Source: Clostridia bacterium (GTDB taxonomy: Bacteria > Bacillota > DUOV01 > Zhaonellaceae). Taken from it: DNA of 54,539 nt. Numbering within the stretch: the first letter of the stretch is position 1; each line of letters opens with the position of its first letter. Both the position numbers and the translations under genes were made by a program. The DNA lies in the NCBI GenBank assembly GCA_012838615.1, contig DUOV01000005.1:1-54539 (forward strand). The letters are read 5' to 3'. Positions 1 to 8,942 of this stretch are shown here, piece by piece. The notes beneath the pieces were generated by a model. It saw nothing but the letters and a program-made list of their open reading frames with translations, ran no database searches and was not told the DNA's origin.

Positions 1-453
1 ACTAGACCTTTTACTAAAGATCTTGCCAACAACCTTAAATTTTTTGAAGAAATCTTTGAACGTTGTAGCGATATTAATTACAGAAGCTTTGAACTTAGAG
101 GTCCATCACCCCTCAAAGCAGTTTGTATTTATGTTCCAAGCATGATTGATAAAGAAATAGTAAATAACCATGTTTTAAAACCACTAATGACCATAGAAAA
201 TACCCAGCTTCCTCCTAAAGAGCTGATTAGTCATCTGAAAAGAATGTTTATAACTTCTGTTGAGGTTGAAGACAGTTCTGACATAGTTGAGACTGTTGAA
301 TACATCCTTAGCGGTAATGTCGCTCTCTTGATTGATGGATATAACACCTGCCTAATTGTTGAAGCAAACGCTATAGAAAACAGGTGCATAAAAGTGCCAC
401 CTTCCGAGCAGTTTATCAGGGGGCCACGGGATGTTTTGTATAGTTTATCGTAA
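1..453 (+). pseudogene. GerA-family spore germination receptor A subunit (GerAA/GerKA-like), N-terminal fragment only
   Basis: Frame 1 is open from base 1 (TRPFTKDLANNLKFFEEIFERCSDINYRSFEL...CIYVPSMIDKEIVNNHVLKPLM...LLIDGYNTCLIVEA...IRGPRD). This matches the conserved N-terminal third of GerA-type proteins. It stops right after the RGPR(E/D) motif, and the roughly 350 aa membrane part is missing. Confidence 0.6.
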
Positions 454-584
454 AAGAGCTTAAACTTTGGAAAGAAATCAAAGATAATTGGCGTGATTAT
501 TTTATTAACCTTCCTGTAGAAATCAATGTTAAGGTTGATATTCGCAGGACCGGAATGATTACACACCCTATACTGACTCGGTAA
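444..584 (+). pseudogene. Possible C-terminal remnant of a Ger(x)C germinant-receptor lipoprotein
   Basis: Frame 3 reads FIVKELKLWKEIKDNWRDYFINLPVEINVKVDIRRTGMITHPILTR*. From memory this resembles the extreme C-terminus of GerAC/GerBC/GerKC proteins (W..W...F..P V.V.V.I.RTG). It has no start codon or RBS and abuts the truncated gerA fragment. Confidence 0.35.
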
Positions 585-643
585 ACAGTATGAAAAAGCA
601 GGTGAACGATTATCCATTTGCTCGCTCCCCCGCCGACTTTGCA

Positions 644-667
644 AAACCGCTGATTTTTCAGCGGTTT
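644..667 (-). terminator. Rho-independent terminator downstream of the ABC transporter operon
   Basis: Perfect 10-bp stem aaaccgctga/tcagcggttt with a tttt loop. On the minus strand it runs into TTTTG. Confidence 0.55.
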
Positions 668-732
668 CCGATTATAAAGTCAATTTTATTTGCCCGATGC
701 AATCGGTTGCCAACCCCCCTTCAATTTGAAGT

Positions 733-1620
733 TTACTCTAGTAAACCTGCTTCTTCCAAAAACTCCTGAGCTACTTTTGCTTCCATTTCTCCATCAATAT
801 CAACCCGAGAATTTAGCTCAGCCATCTTTTCCATAGTTAAATGAGGAGCTAATTCATCAATTAAATCTGCTATTTCAGGATGTTTTTCCAAAGTATCGTT
901 GTTAACAACTACAGCTCCAAAATAAGGTGGGAAGAAACCTTGATCATCTTCTAAAATTTTTAAGTTGAATCTCGGAATTCGACCATCAGTTGCGTAAGCT
1001 ATAATTGCATCTAATTGTCCTTCTTTTACAGCTGAATACATTAGCCCTTGATCCATGCCTTTGTTATCCTTCCAGGCTAAAGCATATAGCTTATTAAAGT
1101 TATCGAGCCCGTCTTCTCTTTCTAAAAAGTCAAAATCTGAACCTAAAATCATATCTGGTGCATGCTCCTTTAAGTCAGAAATCTTTTCTATACTTAGTTC
1201 CTCAGCCATTGCTGAGCGTATTGCAACGCAGTAGGCATTATTAAAACCAAAAGGAGTTAACCAAGTCATTTCATATTCTTTGGCGTAATGGTCTTTCACC
1301 CTGTCATAAATAACCTGGGGATCAGTAGTATCTAACCTCCCTTTTAAAACAATCATATAAGCTGTTCCGGTATACTCAACATACATATCCAAATCTTTAT
1401 CAAGCATACCCTGGTGTAATACGTCAGTTGCACCTAAATCAGCCTGGTTTACCACATCAATATCAGTACGGGCTTCGATTAATTGTTCAAGAATATGAAC
1501 TAAAATCACCTGCTCGGTAAATTTCTTACCTCCAATAGTAATACTGTCTTCACCTGAACCTCTGCCGCACCCTACTAACAATAGTGGAATGATTAATAAA
1601 GCAAGCAATATTTTTTTCAT
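733..1620 (-). CDS. OpuBC/OpuCC-type (glycine betaine/choline/carnitine family) ABC transporter substrate-binding lipoprotein
   Basis: Signal peptide plus lipobox LLVGC. GGKKFTEQVIL...YVEYTGTAY and the overall length are typical of the OpuAC/OpuCC-fold binding protein family. It is the last gene of a three-gene transporter operon. Confidence 0.85.
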   Translation of the reverse strand: MKKILLALLIIPLLLVGCGRGSGEDSITIGGKKFTEQVILVHILEQLIEARTDIDVVNQADLGATDVLHQGMLDKDLDMYVEYTGTAYMIVLKGRLDTTDPQVIYDRVKDHYAKEYEMTWLTPFGFNNAYCVAIRSAMAEELSIEKISDLKEHAPDMILGSDFDFLEREDGLDNFNKLYALAWKDNKGMDQGLMYSAVKEGQLDAIIAYATDGRIPRFNLKILEDDQGFFPPYFGAVVVNNDTLEKHPEIADLIDELAPHLTMEKMAELNSRVDIDGEMEAKVAQEFLEEAGLLE

Positions 1621-1644
1621 AAGTTTCTCCTCCTCATATTTGCT

Positions 1645-2307
1645 TTATTTTCTTATTCCAACAGGCGTTGCCCATACTTCAAACTTCTTTAAAATAAAAT
1701 CGGTTACTACAGCAAACAACGCTGCCGGAATAGCGCCTGTTAAGATAAGTTGATTATTTTGCATAGTAATCCCCCGATAAATTATGTCGCCAAGACCACC
1801 AGCACCCACAAAAGTAGCCAACGTTGCTACTCCTATAGTAGTAACTGTCGAGGTTCTAATTCCCGCCATGATGAACGGTAGCGCTAATGGCAATTCAACC
1901 TTATAAAGAATCTGCCAGCGTGTCATACCCATGCCTCTTCCCGCTTCTATAATCGCCGAATCTACCTCTAAAATACCCGTATAAGTATTACGCAAGATAG
2001 GTAATAAAGCATAAATAGTTAAGGCAATAATTGCATTAGTTTTTCCTATACCAACCAAAGGTAACATAAAACCAAGCAGAGCCAAACTTGGTATAGTTTG
2101 AGCAATAGCAGTCACCCCAATAACGGGCTCAGCAAATTTTCTGTAGTTGGTCAATAAAATTCCTAAGGGTACGGCAATAACAGTAGCAAAGGTCATGGCA
2201 ATCAATACTAGAAAAATATGTTCTTCTAAGCCTAATTTAACTAAGTCCCAACGCTCAATAAAAGTGTTATAAAGCCCCAATAAAAAACCTTGACTATTCA
2301 TCCCCAT
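1645..2307 (-). CDS. ABC transporter permease (OpuCB/OpuBB-like, BPD_transp_1)
   Basis: 220 aa polytopic membrane protein with the EAA-like loop (IIEAGRGMGMTRWQILYKVELPLA). It overlaps the ATPase gene by 14 nt. Confidence 0.85.
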   Translation of the reverse strand: MGMNSQGFLLGLYNTFIERWDLVKLGLEEHIFLVLIAMTFATVIAVPLGILLTNYRKFAEPVIGVTAIAQTIPSLALLGFMLPLVGIGKTNAIIALTIYALLPILRNTYTGILEVDSAIIEAGRGMGMTRWQILYKVELPLALPFIMAGIRTSTVTTIGVATLATFVGAGGLGDIIYRGITMQNNQLILTGAIPAALFAVVTDFILKKFEVWATPVGIRK

Positions 2308-3430
2308 TCACCACCTTTTTATGTCTCCATTCAGCAATACCTTGAATAATACTAGCCTTAGTAATAAGTCCCCTGACCTTTCCCTCACCAATAACCGGAA
2401 TAGCGTTAACTTCTTTATTAGAAAACAAATCGGCTATTTCACCAATTGTTTGGTCAGTATATACTTTTAAAACTTCAGGTTCCATAATATCTGCAATTAT
2501 TTTTTCTTCATCTTGGTAGTGATTAGTTAAATCTTCAAGGGTTACAACACCAAGTAATTCCCTTTCCTTATTAATTACAAAAAGTTTGTCAACTTTTTCT
2601 TTTCTAATTACTTGCAAGGCTTCAGCCAAACCTCTTTTGGGGCCAATAGTCACAATCCTTTCTTGCATTAAATCTACAGCAATAGGATCACTCATTTGGG
2701 CATTTAACCTTTTTTCACCAATAAACTCCCGTACAAATTTATCTTTAGGACGACGTAGTATTTTGTCTGGTGTATCGATTTGAACCATTTCTCCTTCTCT
2801 CATGATGGCTATTCTGGTTGAAAGTTTTAAAGCTTCATCCATGTCGTGGGTTACAAAAACAACAGTTTTACGAATTTCCTCTTGTAATTTAAGGAGTTCA
2901 TCTTGTAACTGTTCACGGCTAATAGGATCCAAAGCACTAAAAGGTTCATCCATTAAAATAATAGGAGGATCACCTGCTAAAGCTCTAATTACCCCTATGC
3001 GCTGTTGTTGACCTCCTGATAATTCAGATGGATAACGATCCTTATAAACAGAAGGATCCATTCCCACTAAATCTAAAAGTTCATCAACCCTTCCAAGATA
3101 TTTCTCCTTTGGCCATTTTTTTAGTTGAGGAATAAGAGCTATATTCTCCCCAATAGTCATATGTGGCATCAAACCTATTTGTTGAATAACATAGCCTATA
3201 TTTCGCCTCAACTTAACTGGGTCTTTCTTTTTTATATCCTCACCTTCAACTAATATTTGGCCGCTTGTCGGGTCAATCAAGCGATTAATCATTTTCATAG
3301 ACGTAGTCTTGCCACAACCGGATGGGCCAATTAAGGAGAATAGTTCTCCTTCTTTAACATGAAAATTAATTCCTTTTAAAGCTTCAAAGCCATCTTCATA
3401 TTGTTTAGTAACATCTTTAAATTCTATCAA
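2294..3430 (-). CDS. ABC transporter ATP-binding protein with C-terminal tandem CBS domains (OpuCA/ProV-like)
   Basis: Walker A GPSGCGKTT, signature LSGGQQQR, Walker B ILMDEPFSALD. The C-terminal ~120 aa CBS pair is typical of osmoprotectant-type ATPases. Confidence 0.9.
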   Translation of the reverse strand: MIEFKDVTKQYEDGFEALKGINFHVKEGELFSLIGPSGCGKTTSMKMINRLIDPTSGQILVEGEDIKKKDPVKLRRNIGYVIQQIGLMPHMTIGENIALIPQLKKWPKEKYLGRVDELLDLVGMDPSVYKDRYPSELSGGQQQRIGVIRALAGDPPIILMDEPFSALDPISREQLQDELLKLQEEIRKTVVFVTHDMDEALKLSTRIAIMREGEMVQIDTPDKILRRPKDKFVREFIGEKRLNAQMSDPIAVDLMQERIVTIGPKRGLAEALQVIRKEKVDKLFVINKERELLGVVTLEDLTNHYQDEEKIIADIMEPEVLKVYTDQTIGEIADLFSNKEVNAIPVIGEGKVRGLITKASIIQGIAEWRHKKVVNGDE

Positions 3431-3490
3431 TCATGTCCCCTCGCTTTCTCCTTTCTTTGTAATCTAATCCTCCTAGTTTGCTAAAAAATA

Positions 3491-3545
3491 AAACCTGGGT
3501 ACCCTAACCTTTTCTTTTTAAGAAAAGGTTAGGGTACCCAGGTTT
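3491..3545 (-). terminator. Intrinsic terminator inside the 5' leader of the ABC transporter operon (candidate attenuator or riboswitch expression platform)
   Basis: Perfect 23-bp stem (aaacctgggtaccctaacctttt / aaaaggttagggtacccaggttt) with a 9-nt loop. On the minus strand it is followed by TTTTATTTTTT. It lies about 60 nt upstream of the ATPase start codon. Confidence 0.6.
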
Positions 3546-3782
3546 CGCCTTTCGACTCACCTTAAGCCACTTTTATAGTAGCCTACCATTGATCCACTTG
3601 AACCAATGGGAATCCCAGCCTTTATTAAGCTTGCCATTTTTCAGATTAGATTTCAGCCGCTTTTGTTTGCTTACGCAGATCTACATTTTTCTAAAATACA
3701 GATTATGCATACCCACGCTCACAAACTGCCTACCGACTAACCCTACTTCATGGTAGTAACTTGCCAATTTTTTTACTTTAAG

Positions 3783-3811
3783 ACTATACCACATAGCCAA
3801 CTTAAATTCAA
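3783..3811 (-). promoter_or_regulatory. Putative sigma-A promoter for the long transporter leader
   Basis: The minus strand reads TTGAAT, 17 nt, then TATAGT with a TGn extended -10 (gTGgTATAGT). This predicts a leader of roughly 340 nt. Confidence 0.45.
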
Positions 3812-4056
3812 ATCAGTTCATGGGCAATATGCGTAGTTCAATGGAGTCATGAGGTAAATATTGGAAAATAGAATCGTTTATTGGCAGTTTTCTTACTGTC
3901 TCTTAAGTTTAAACCCTATTTGCTTTCCTTCTCTAAAAAATCAGTATATACTTAAATTGGTTTATGGTAGTAAAAAAATCTAGATCATGGAACACTATGC
4001 ATATTAACACAGTCTAAAAGATAGTAACAAGGATTTGCCTAAGGAGGATTTTCATT

Positions 4057-4614
4057 ATGAAGAAGAGACTTTTAGTATTTGGAGTAATTATCTTAGTTGT
4101 TACTTTTTTAGCCGGCTGCTTAGGTCAGAGTAAACAAGATAATGATACAACTGAACAGCCACAAACTGAAACAAATCAACAAAACGAGGAAACTCCGGCG
4201 GAAGAAACTATAGAATTTACAGTCTACTTTAGTGACGATGAAGCCATGTACCTTAAAGAGGAAAAGCGAGCAGTACCAAAAGATGACAGACCTGTAGCAG
4301 AACTAATGATTGAAGAATTAATTAAAGGGCCTAAGTCCCAAGACCTTATGCCAACCATTCCGGAAGGAACGAAACTTTTGTCCCTAGAAGTTAAAGAGAA
4401 AATTGCTATCGTCAATTTTTCAAAAGAAATCCAGACTAATCATCCCGGTGGTACAGCAGGTGAATCGATGACCGTCTATTCAATTGTTCATACCCTGACA
4501 CAGTTACCAGATATAAAGGCAGTTAAGTTTTTGGTTGAAGGTGAAGAACAGGAAGCCATCTGGGGACATTTATATACTCTCGAACCTATCGAACCAAATC
4601 CGGATCTCCTTTAG
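4057..4614 (+). CDS. GerMN-domain lipoprotein (sporulation/germination-associated)
   Basis: RBS AAGGAGG, lipobox LAGC, a low-complexity Q/E/T linker, then the GerMN pattern (VYF...ELIKGP...IPEGTKLLSLEVKEKIAIVNFS...YSIVHTLTQLPDIKAVKFLVEGEE). Confidence 0.75.
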   Translation: MKKRLLVFGVIILVVTFLAGCLGQSKQDNDTTEQPQTETNQQNEETPAEETIEFTVYFSDDEAMYLKEEKRAVPKDDRPVAELMIEELIKGPKSQDLMPTIPEGTKLLSLEVKEKIAIVNFSKEIQTNHPGGTAGESMTVYSIVHTLTQLPDIKAVKFLVEGEEQEAIWGHLYTLEPIEPNPDLL

Positions 4615-4631
4615 TAAGAACTATTACGTAA

Positions 4632-4682
4632 AAAACGGGTGTTTGTAGAAGTCTATCACAACTTCTTACAAATACCCGTTTT
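4632..4682. terminator. Bidirectional terminator between convergent genes
   Basis: A ~20-bp near-perfect hairpin (aaaacgggtgtttgtagaagt / acttcttacaaatacccgtttt) flanked by A and T runs, between the stops at 4614 (+) and 4699 (-). Confidence 0.7.
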
Positions 4683-4698
4683 AAATATGCAAGTATAC

Positions 4699-6615
4699 CT
4701 AAAACTCTGGGGGAAGTTTCAACATCTCCTCGTAATTAAATACCGGTCCATCGACACACATATACTTGGAACCTACTTTACAATGACCGCATTTACCAAT
4801 ACCGCAGCGCATATGGGTTTCTAAGGACGTTAAAATATCCGTACCCTTCATGCCTAAGTTTAGTAAATCTCTAGCCACAGCTTTAATTCTTCTAGGAGAT
4901 GCACATACTACTGCAGTAGTATTAGCCCAATCTAAGCCTAAATTTGGTAGTAAATCATTAATATAACCAACATGAGCATCAACTTTATCTGTCGGCTTAC
5001 TTAAAGCGTAAAGTACCCTGACGTCTTCCATCTCACTCCATTTTATCAGATCTTCTTTATAGACTAGACCTTCGTAAGATGTAGCGCTAGCAATAACTAC
5101 AACTTTACCAAACTGCTCTTTATTTTCAAGGACTTGTACCAGCATAGTCCGAACAGGAGCTAAACCTACACCGCTACCGATGACTAAAACATCCCGGCCT
5201 TTTATCTCTTCAAAGGGGAAACCTTTGCCAAAAGGCCCTCTCAGACCAATTTTATCTCCAACCTTAAGCTTGTGTAGAGCAGTAGTAACTTTACCTACTT
5301 TTTTCACACAAAAGTCAAAGTAATCCTTTTGGGAAGGGCCAAAAGGAATAGAAATGGCAATTTCCCCTACCCCAAAGACAGTAATCTCAAAAAACTGACC
5401 GGAAAACTTAAAGTTTTCATGAAGGCTTTTATCTTCATATTGAACGATAAAACGCTTAATACTATCAGTTTCTTCAATAATATCTTTAATAACAGCAATT
5501 TGAGGCGTATAAACGCTTTCGCAGTATCCGGTACAGCTATGGTCGGCTATTTGGTATTTTCGGTCTTCCACTTGCAATTCGGTAACTGTTCCTTGTTTTT
5601 CATAATCTTGTTGCAACTTTGTAGCAATTTCTACTATATCTACAAATACTGGGCAGACTTCAATACAACGGCCACAACCGGTACAACCCTTAAAATCAAA
5701 ACGATCTTCAATATATTTTAACTTGTCATAAAATCTATAACGCACTTTGGCAACTCTGTCCCGGGGGTTGTGGTGGCCTGCGTTTCGGGTAAAGGAATCG
5801 TTTTGGCAAGAATCCCAATACCTAACTCTACACCCCTCGTTGCAGCTAATATTTTCTTCTACCACGTTAAAGCAGGTACAAGTAGGGCACACATTGGTAC
5901 AACCTGTGCAGCTTATACAAAGCTTAGCGTATTCTTCCCACATAGGGTGATTAAAAGAGGCTTCTAACACTTGATGCAAATTTTTTGTATCAAGTTTTTT
6001 GGTAAATTTAGCCTCTACTTCCGCTAAAAGATTGCTTTTATCTTCCAGAGTTAAGTTGCTTGCTTCAAAAAATTCTTCTCCTAGTTTGAGCAATTCTTCT
6101 GCTTTTGGTGAACCAGCCTCTATCATAAACCCATCATTTATAGGTGTTAAAAGTAAATCATAACCCTTTTTGGCAAAGGGACCCACACCCATATCATGGC
6201 AGAAACAATGTTTCCCTTGCTCCAAACAGTTTAAAGCTACTACCCAGGTTTTTTCACGCCTTAGAGCATAATTGGTATCATGAAACTCTTTTAAATAAAA
6301 TCTATCCATATAAGCAATACCATAGGCGTCACATGGGCGAACCCCAAACAAAATCTTTTTGTTAAAATCTGTTTCTTTAGGGCTTGAGGTTTCAATATTT
6401 CCATTAACATTTTTCCACTCAAAAAGCTTTTCTTTTTGTTCAAATAAGCTTTCCTTGACCGGTAAAGCAAAGTTAATATAATCAAGGGTAAATTTGTCTT
6501 CATCATAGGGAAGCAGTAATGTGGTACCCTCATCTTCCACAGGTGCTAAGACTTGAAATTTTTCAGACCATCTTTTTAGAAGAGGTTTTAAATTTTCTTT
6601 TTTTATCCACCGCAT
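4699..6615 (-). CDS. Fused FeS/flavin electron-transfer subunit. N-terminal AsrA/sulfhydrogenase-beta-like 4Fe-4S part plus C-terminal AsrB/HydG/PyrK-like FAD/NAD(P)-binding part with a 2Fe-2S site
   Basis: N-terminal half has GVRPCDAYGIAYMD and two CxxCxxCxxxCP motifs (CISCTGCTNVCPTC, CTGCGRCIEVCP). C-terminal half has a ferredoxin-reductase-like fold (LRGPFGKGF, VIGSGVGLAP) ending in CGIGKCGHCKVG. The start ATG abuts the fdhA stop (TAAATG). Confidence 0.75.
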   Translation of the reverse strand: MRWIKKENLKPLLKRWSEKFQVLAPVEDEGTTLLLPYDEDKFTLDYINFALPVKESLFEQKEKLFEWKNVNGNIETSSPKETDFNKKILFGVRPCDAYGIAYMDRFYLKEFHDTNYALRREKTWVVALNCLEQGKHCFCHDMGVGPFAKKGYDLLLTPINDGFMIEAGSPKAEELLKLGEEFFEASNLTLEDKSNLLAEVEAKFTKKLDTKNLHQVLEASFNHPMWEEYAKLCISCTGCTNVCPTCTCFNVVEENISCNEGCRVRYWDSCQNDSFTRNAGHHNPRDRVAKVRYRFYDKLKYIEDRFDFKGCTGCGRCIEVCPVFVDIVEIATKLQQDYEKQGTVTELQVEDRKYQIADHSCTGYCESVYTPQIAVIKDIIEETDSIKRFIVQYEDKSLHENFKFSGQFFEITVFGVGEIAISIPFGPSQKDYFDFCVKKVGKVTTALHKLKVGDKIGLRGPFGKGFPFEEIKGRDVLVIGSGVGLAPVRTMLVQVLENKEQFGKVVVIASATSYEGLVYKEDLIKWSEMEDVRVLYALSKPTDKVDAHVGYINDLLPNLGLDWANTTAVVCASPRRIKAVARDLLNLGMKGTDILTSLETHMRCGIGKCGHCKVGSKYMCVDGPVFNYEEMLKLPPEF

Positions 6616-8652
6616 TTATCTCACCCCCTCAATTCTAACTGCACAAACTTTAAGCTCAGGGATTTCTACATCTGGATCTAAATTGCGGTTAGTTAATTTA
6701 TTGACCGGTGAATCGCCAAAGTGAAAAGTCATAAAAACAACTCCCTGTTTAATACGATCAGTTAAAACCGCCCTTGCTTCAATTTCCCCACGAGCAGAAA
6801 TCACTTTTACCCTGCTATGATTCCAAATCCCTAAAGCCTTACCGTCTTCAGAGTTAATTTCAATAAAACCATCCGGATATTCCCTATCTAAAGCCCAGGA
6901 TCTACGGGTCATGGTACCTGTATGATAATGATGCTGTACCCTTCCTGTAGTTAAAAGAAAAGGATACTCCTCGCTTACCTGTTCTTCAGCAGGTCTGTAA
7001 ACTGCAGGGGTAAATTTACCTAACCCCCTGGAAAATTTATCTTTATGAAGATATTTAGTACCTGGATGATCTACTGACGGACAAGGCCATTGGAGACCCT
7101 GATTTTCTAATCTTTCATAAGTTATGCCGCCATAGCTCGGTACTAACTGGTTAATCTCATCCATAATATCTTTGGGATGAGTATAACTCGCTTCATAGCC
7201 AAAAGCCTTTATAAGCTCCGTTAGAATTAACCAATCAGGCTTAGCTTCACCTATAGGATCTAAAGCCTTTCTAACCCGCTGGACTCGGCGCTCTGTATTA
7301 GTAAATGTTCCATCTTTTTCAATAAAACTTGCTCCTGGTAAAATAACGTGAGCAAATTTAGCAGTTTCAGTCATAAAGATATCTTGTACTACTAATAGTT
7401 CTACGTTTTGTAAGCCTTCCTCTACATGGCTCGAATCGGGGTCGGACAAGACAGGGTTTTCACCCATAACGTAAAGAGCTTTAATCCCTCCATGGGCTGC
7501 TTCCTCCATCATTTTGGAAACAGTCAAACCTTTACCATGGGCAAAATTTTGTCCCCATTTTTGGGCAAATTTATTCAGGACATCCTCCTCAGAAAGCTTT
7601 TGATAACCAGGTAAAACATCTGGTAAAGCTCCCATATCGCAGGCGCCTTGCACATTATTCTGACCTCTTAAAGGATTAACACCACTAGCCTCTTTACCAA
7701 TTTGGCCGGTAATAAGAGCTAAGTTAGCCAAAGCCTTTACATTAGCAGTACCGGTCACATGTTGGGTAATACCCATGGCATAAACAATAGAAGCGTTCGT
7801 AGCTTTTGCATAAATCCGCGCTATTTCACGAATAGTCGCTGCAGGAACTCCAGTTAATTCTTCAACTTTTTCCGGTGTAAACTTTAAAACACTTGCTTTA
7901 AACTCTTCATAACCCTCAGTTCTAGAAGCAATGAACTCTTCGTTAGCCAAGCCTTCAGTTACAATAGTATTAAGAATTCCATTAATAAAAGCTAAATTAG
8001 TACCGGGTGTTAACCTAACATCAATCGTAGCAAAATCAGATAAGCGAATTTTCCTCGGATCGGCGACAATTAATTTAGCACCATTTTTTCGAACGGCTTC
8101 AACAATACGCATACCGATCAAAGGATGCTGTTCAGTAGTATTTGAACCGATAACAAAAATCACATCAGCTTGCGCCAATTCTTCAATAGAATTAGTCATA
8201 GCTCCGCTTCCAAATGCAGTAGCTAAACCAGCTACGGTTGGACTGTGTCAGAGTCGGGCGCAATGATCAATATTGTTACTATCAAGCACAGCCCGAGCCA
8301 ACTTAACGAGCAAATAGTTTTCTTCGTTAGTACACCTAGCTGAAGACAAAAAACCAATAGAATTACCGCCGTGTTTCTCCTTAATATTACTTAATTTATT
8401 TACAACATATTTGTAAGCTTCCTCCCAAGAAGCTTCTTCAAATTCTCCAGCAGCGTTTCTTATTAAAGGCTTTTTAAGTCTATCCCTGTGACGAACAAAT
8501 CCAAAACCTTGCCACCCTTTAATACAAAGCTTTCCTTTGCTTACTGGATGATCAAATTTGGGCGTAACGCCAACAATTTCACCTTTATTTATATTGAGAT
8601 AAAAGTTACACCCACAACCACAATAGCCACAAGTTGTCAGTACCTTTTTCAC
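6616..8652 (-). CDS. fdhA: Selenocysteine-containing formate dehydrogenase catalytic subunit (Mo/W-bisPGD)
   Basis: Track ORFs 8248..8652 and 6616..8199 are one gene. The TGA at 8250..8248 is in frame, and the 48 nt after it read HSPTVAGLATAFGSGA into MTNSIEE. This gives the canonical DHCARL-U-HSPTVAGL active-site motif. The N-terminus has the CGYCGCGC...C 4Fe-4S motif. GTG start with RBS AGGGGAGGG. Confidence 0.9.
8210..8241 (-). promoter_or_regulatory. Candidate bacterial SECIS hairpin just 3' of the UGA
   Basis: The mRNA reads UGA CACAGU CCAA CC GUAGC UGGUUUA GCUAC UGCAU UUGG. There is a 5-bp apical stem with a GGUU-containing loop and a 4-bp lower stem, starting 6 nt after the UGA. Confidence 0.5.
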
Positions 8653-8904
8653 TACTAACCCTCCCCTATTAGAAGATTATCAAGCAGTCCATGAGTTGTG
8701 TAAACACAAACCCCTCTTATTTTAACAAAGTATACTAAAAAGTAAATAATGGACTATTACACACTTAAAATTAGAAAAATGTCATACTATCTTAGCAGGT
8801 ATGTCGAATAATGTCAATGTAATTTTACTAAAAATGTAAATTGTGGAATAACTTAAAAAATAATTTCCGCCGACTTTCCAAATATTAATTCCTAGTAATA
8901 AAAC

Positions 8905-8933
8905 AAAAAACAAGGGGCAAACCCTTGTTTTAA
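8905..8933 (-). terminator. Rho-independent terminator ending the 12304-8943 operon
   Basis: The minus strand reads aaaacaaggg-tttgc-cccttgtt followed by TTTTGTTTTATT. Confidence 0.7.
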
Positions 8934-8942
8934 CATAATTAT

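Noticed and set aside
231-644. 137-aa minus-strand ORF
   Set aside because: It is antisense to the gerA fragment and runs through the terminator region. It has no RBS and no recognisable family.
2586-3011. Plus-strand ORFs of 65 and 69 aa
   Set aside because: They are antisense to the well-supported ABC ATPase gene. The composition is low-complexity Ser/Ile-rich, typical of shadow frames.
3431-3811. Assigning the transporter leader to the c-di-AMP (ydaO) riboswitch or to a T-box
   Set aside because: I could not find the paired GGGGA..CCCA / ACCCGA..CAGCUAACC..CGUAAGC blocks of ydaO in a consistent orientation. Only scattered fragments are present, on both strands. For the T-box, only a loose CUGGGUACC similarity is present, and it sits in the terminator arm rather than upstream of it. 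I could not identify Stem I features or a specifier loop. The class is left open pending cmsearch.
4639-4824. 61-aa plus-strand ORF
   Set aside because: It begins within the bidirectional terminator hairpin and runs antisense into the 3' end of the FeS/flavin subunit gene.
5329-6365. Plus-strand ORFs (130, 67, 65 and 73 aa), plus the 6291..6533 minus-strand out-of-frame ORF
   Set aside because: All lie inside the 638-aa FeS/flavin subunit gene and are shadow ORFs of an AT-rich coding region.
8248-8652. A separate 134-aa gene upstream of a 527-aa molybdoenzyme, as the ORF track suggests
   Set aside because: The stop is a TGA in the exact position of the FdhA selenocysteine, and the downstream 48 nt are in frame. 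It is the N-terminus of a single Sec-containing fdhA.
8698-8709. TGTGT-AA-ACACA palindrome in the fdhA 5' region as a regulator site
   Set aside because: It is very short and low in information, and I can attach no family-specific consensus to it. It could equally be a chance hairpin in the 5' UTR.
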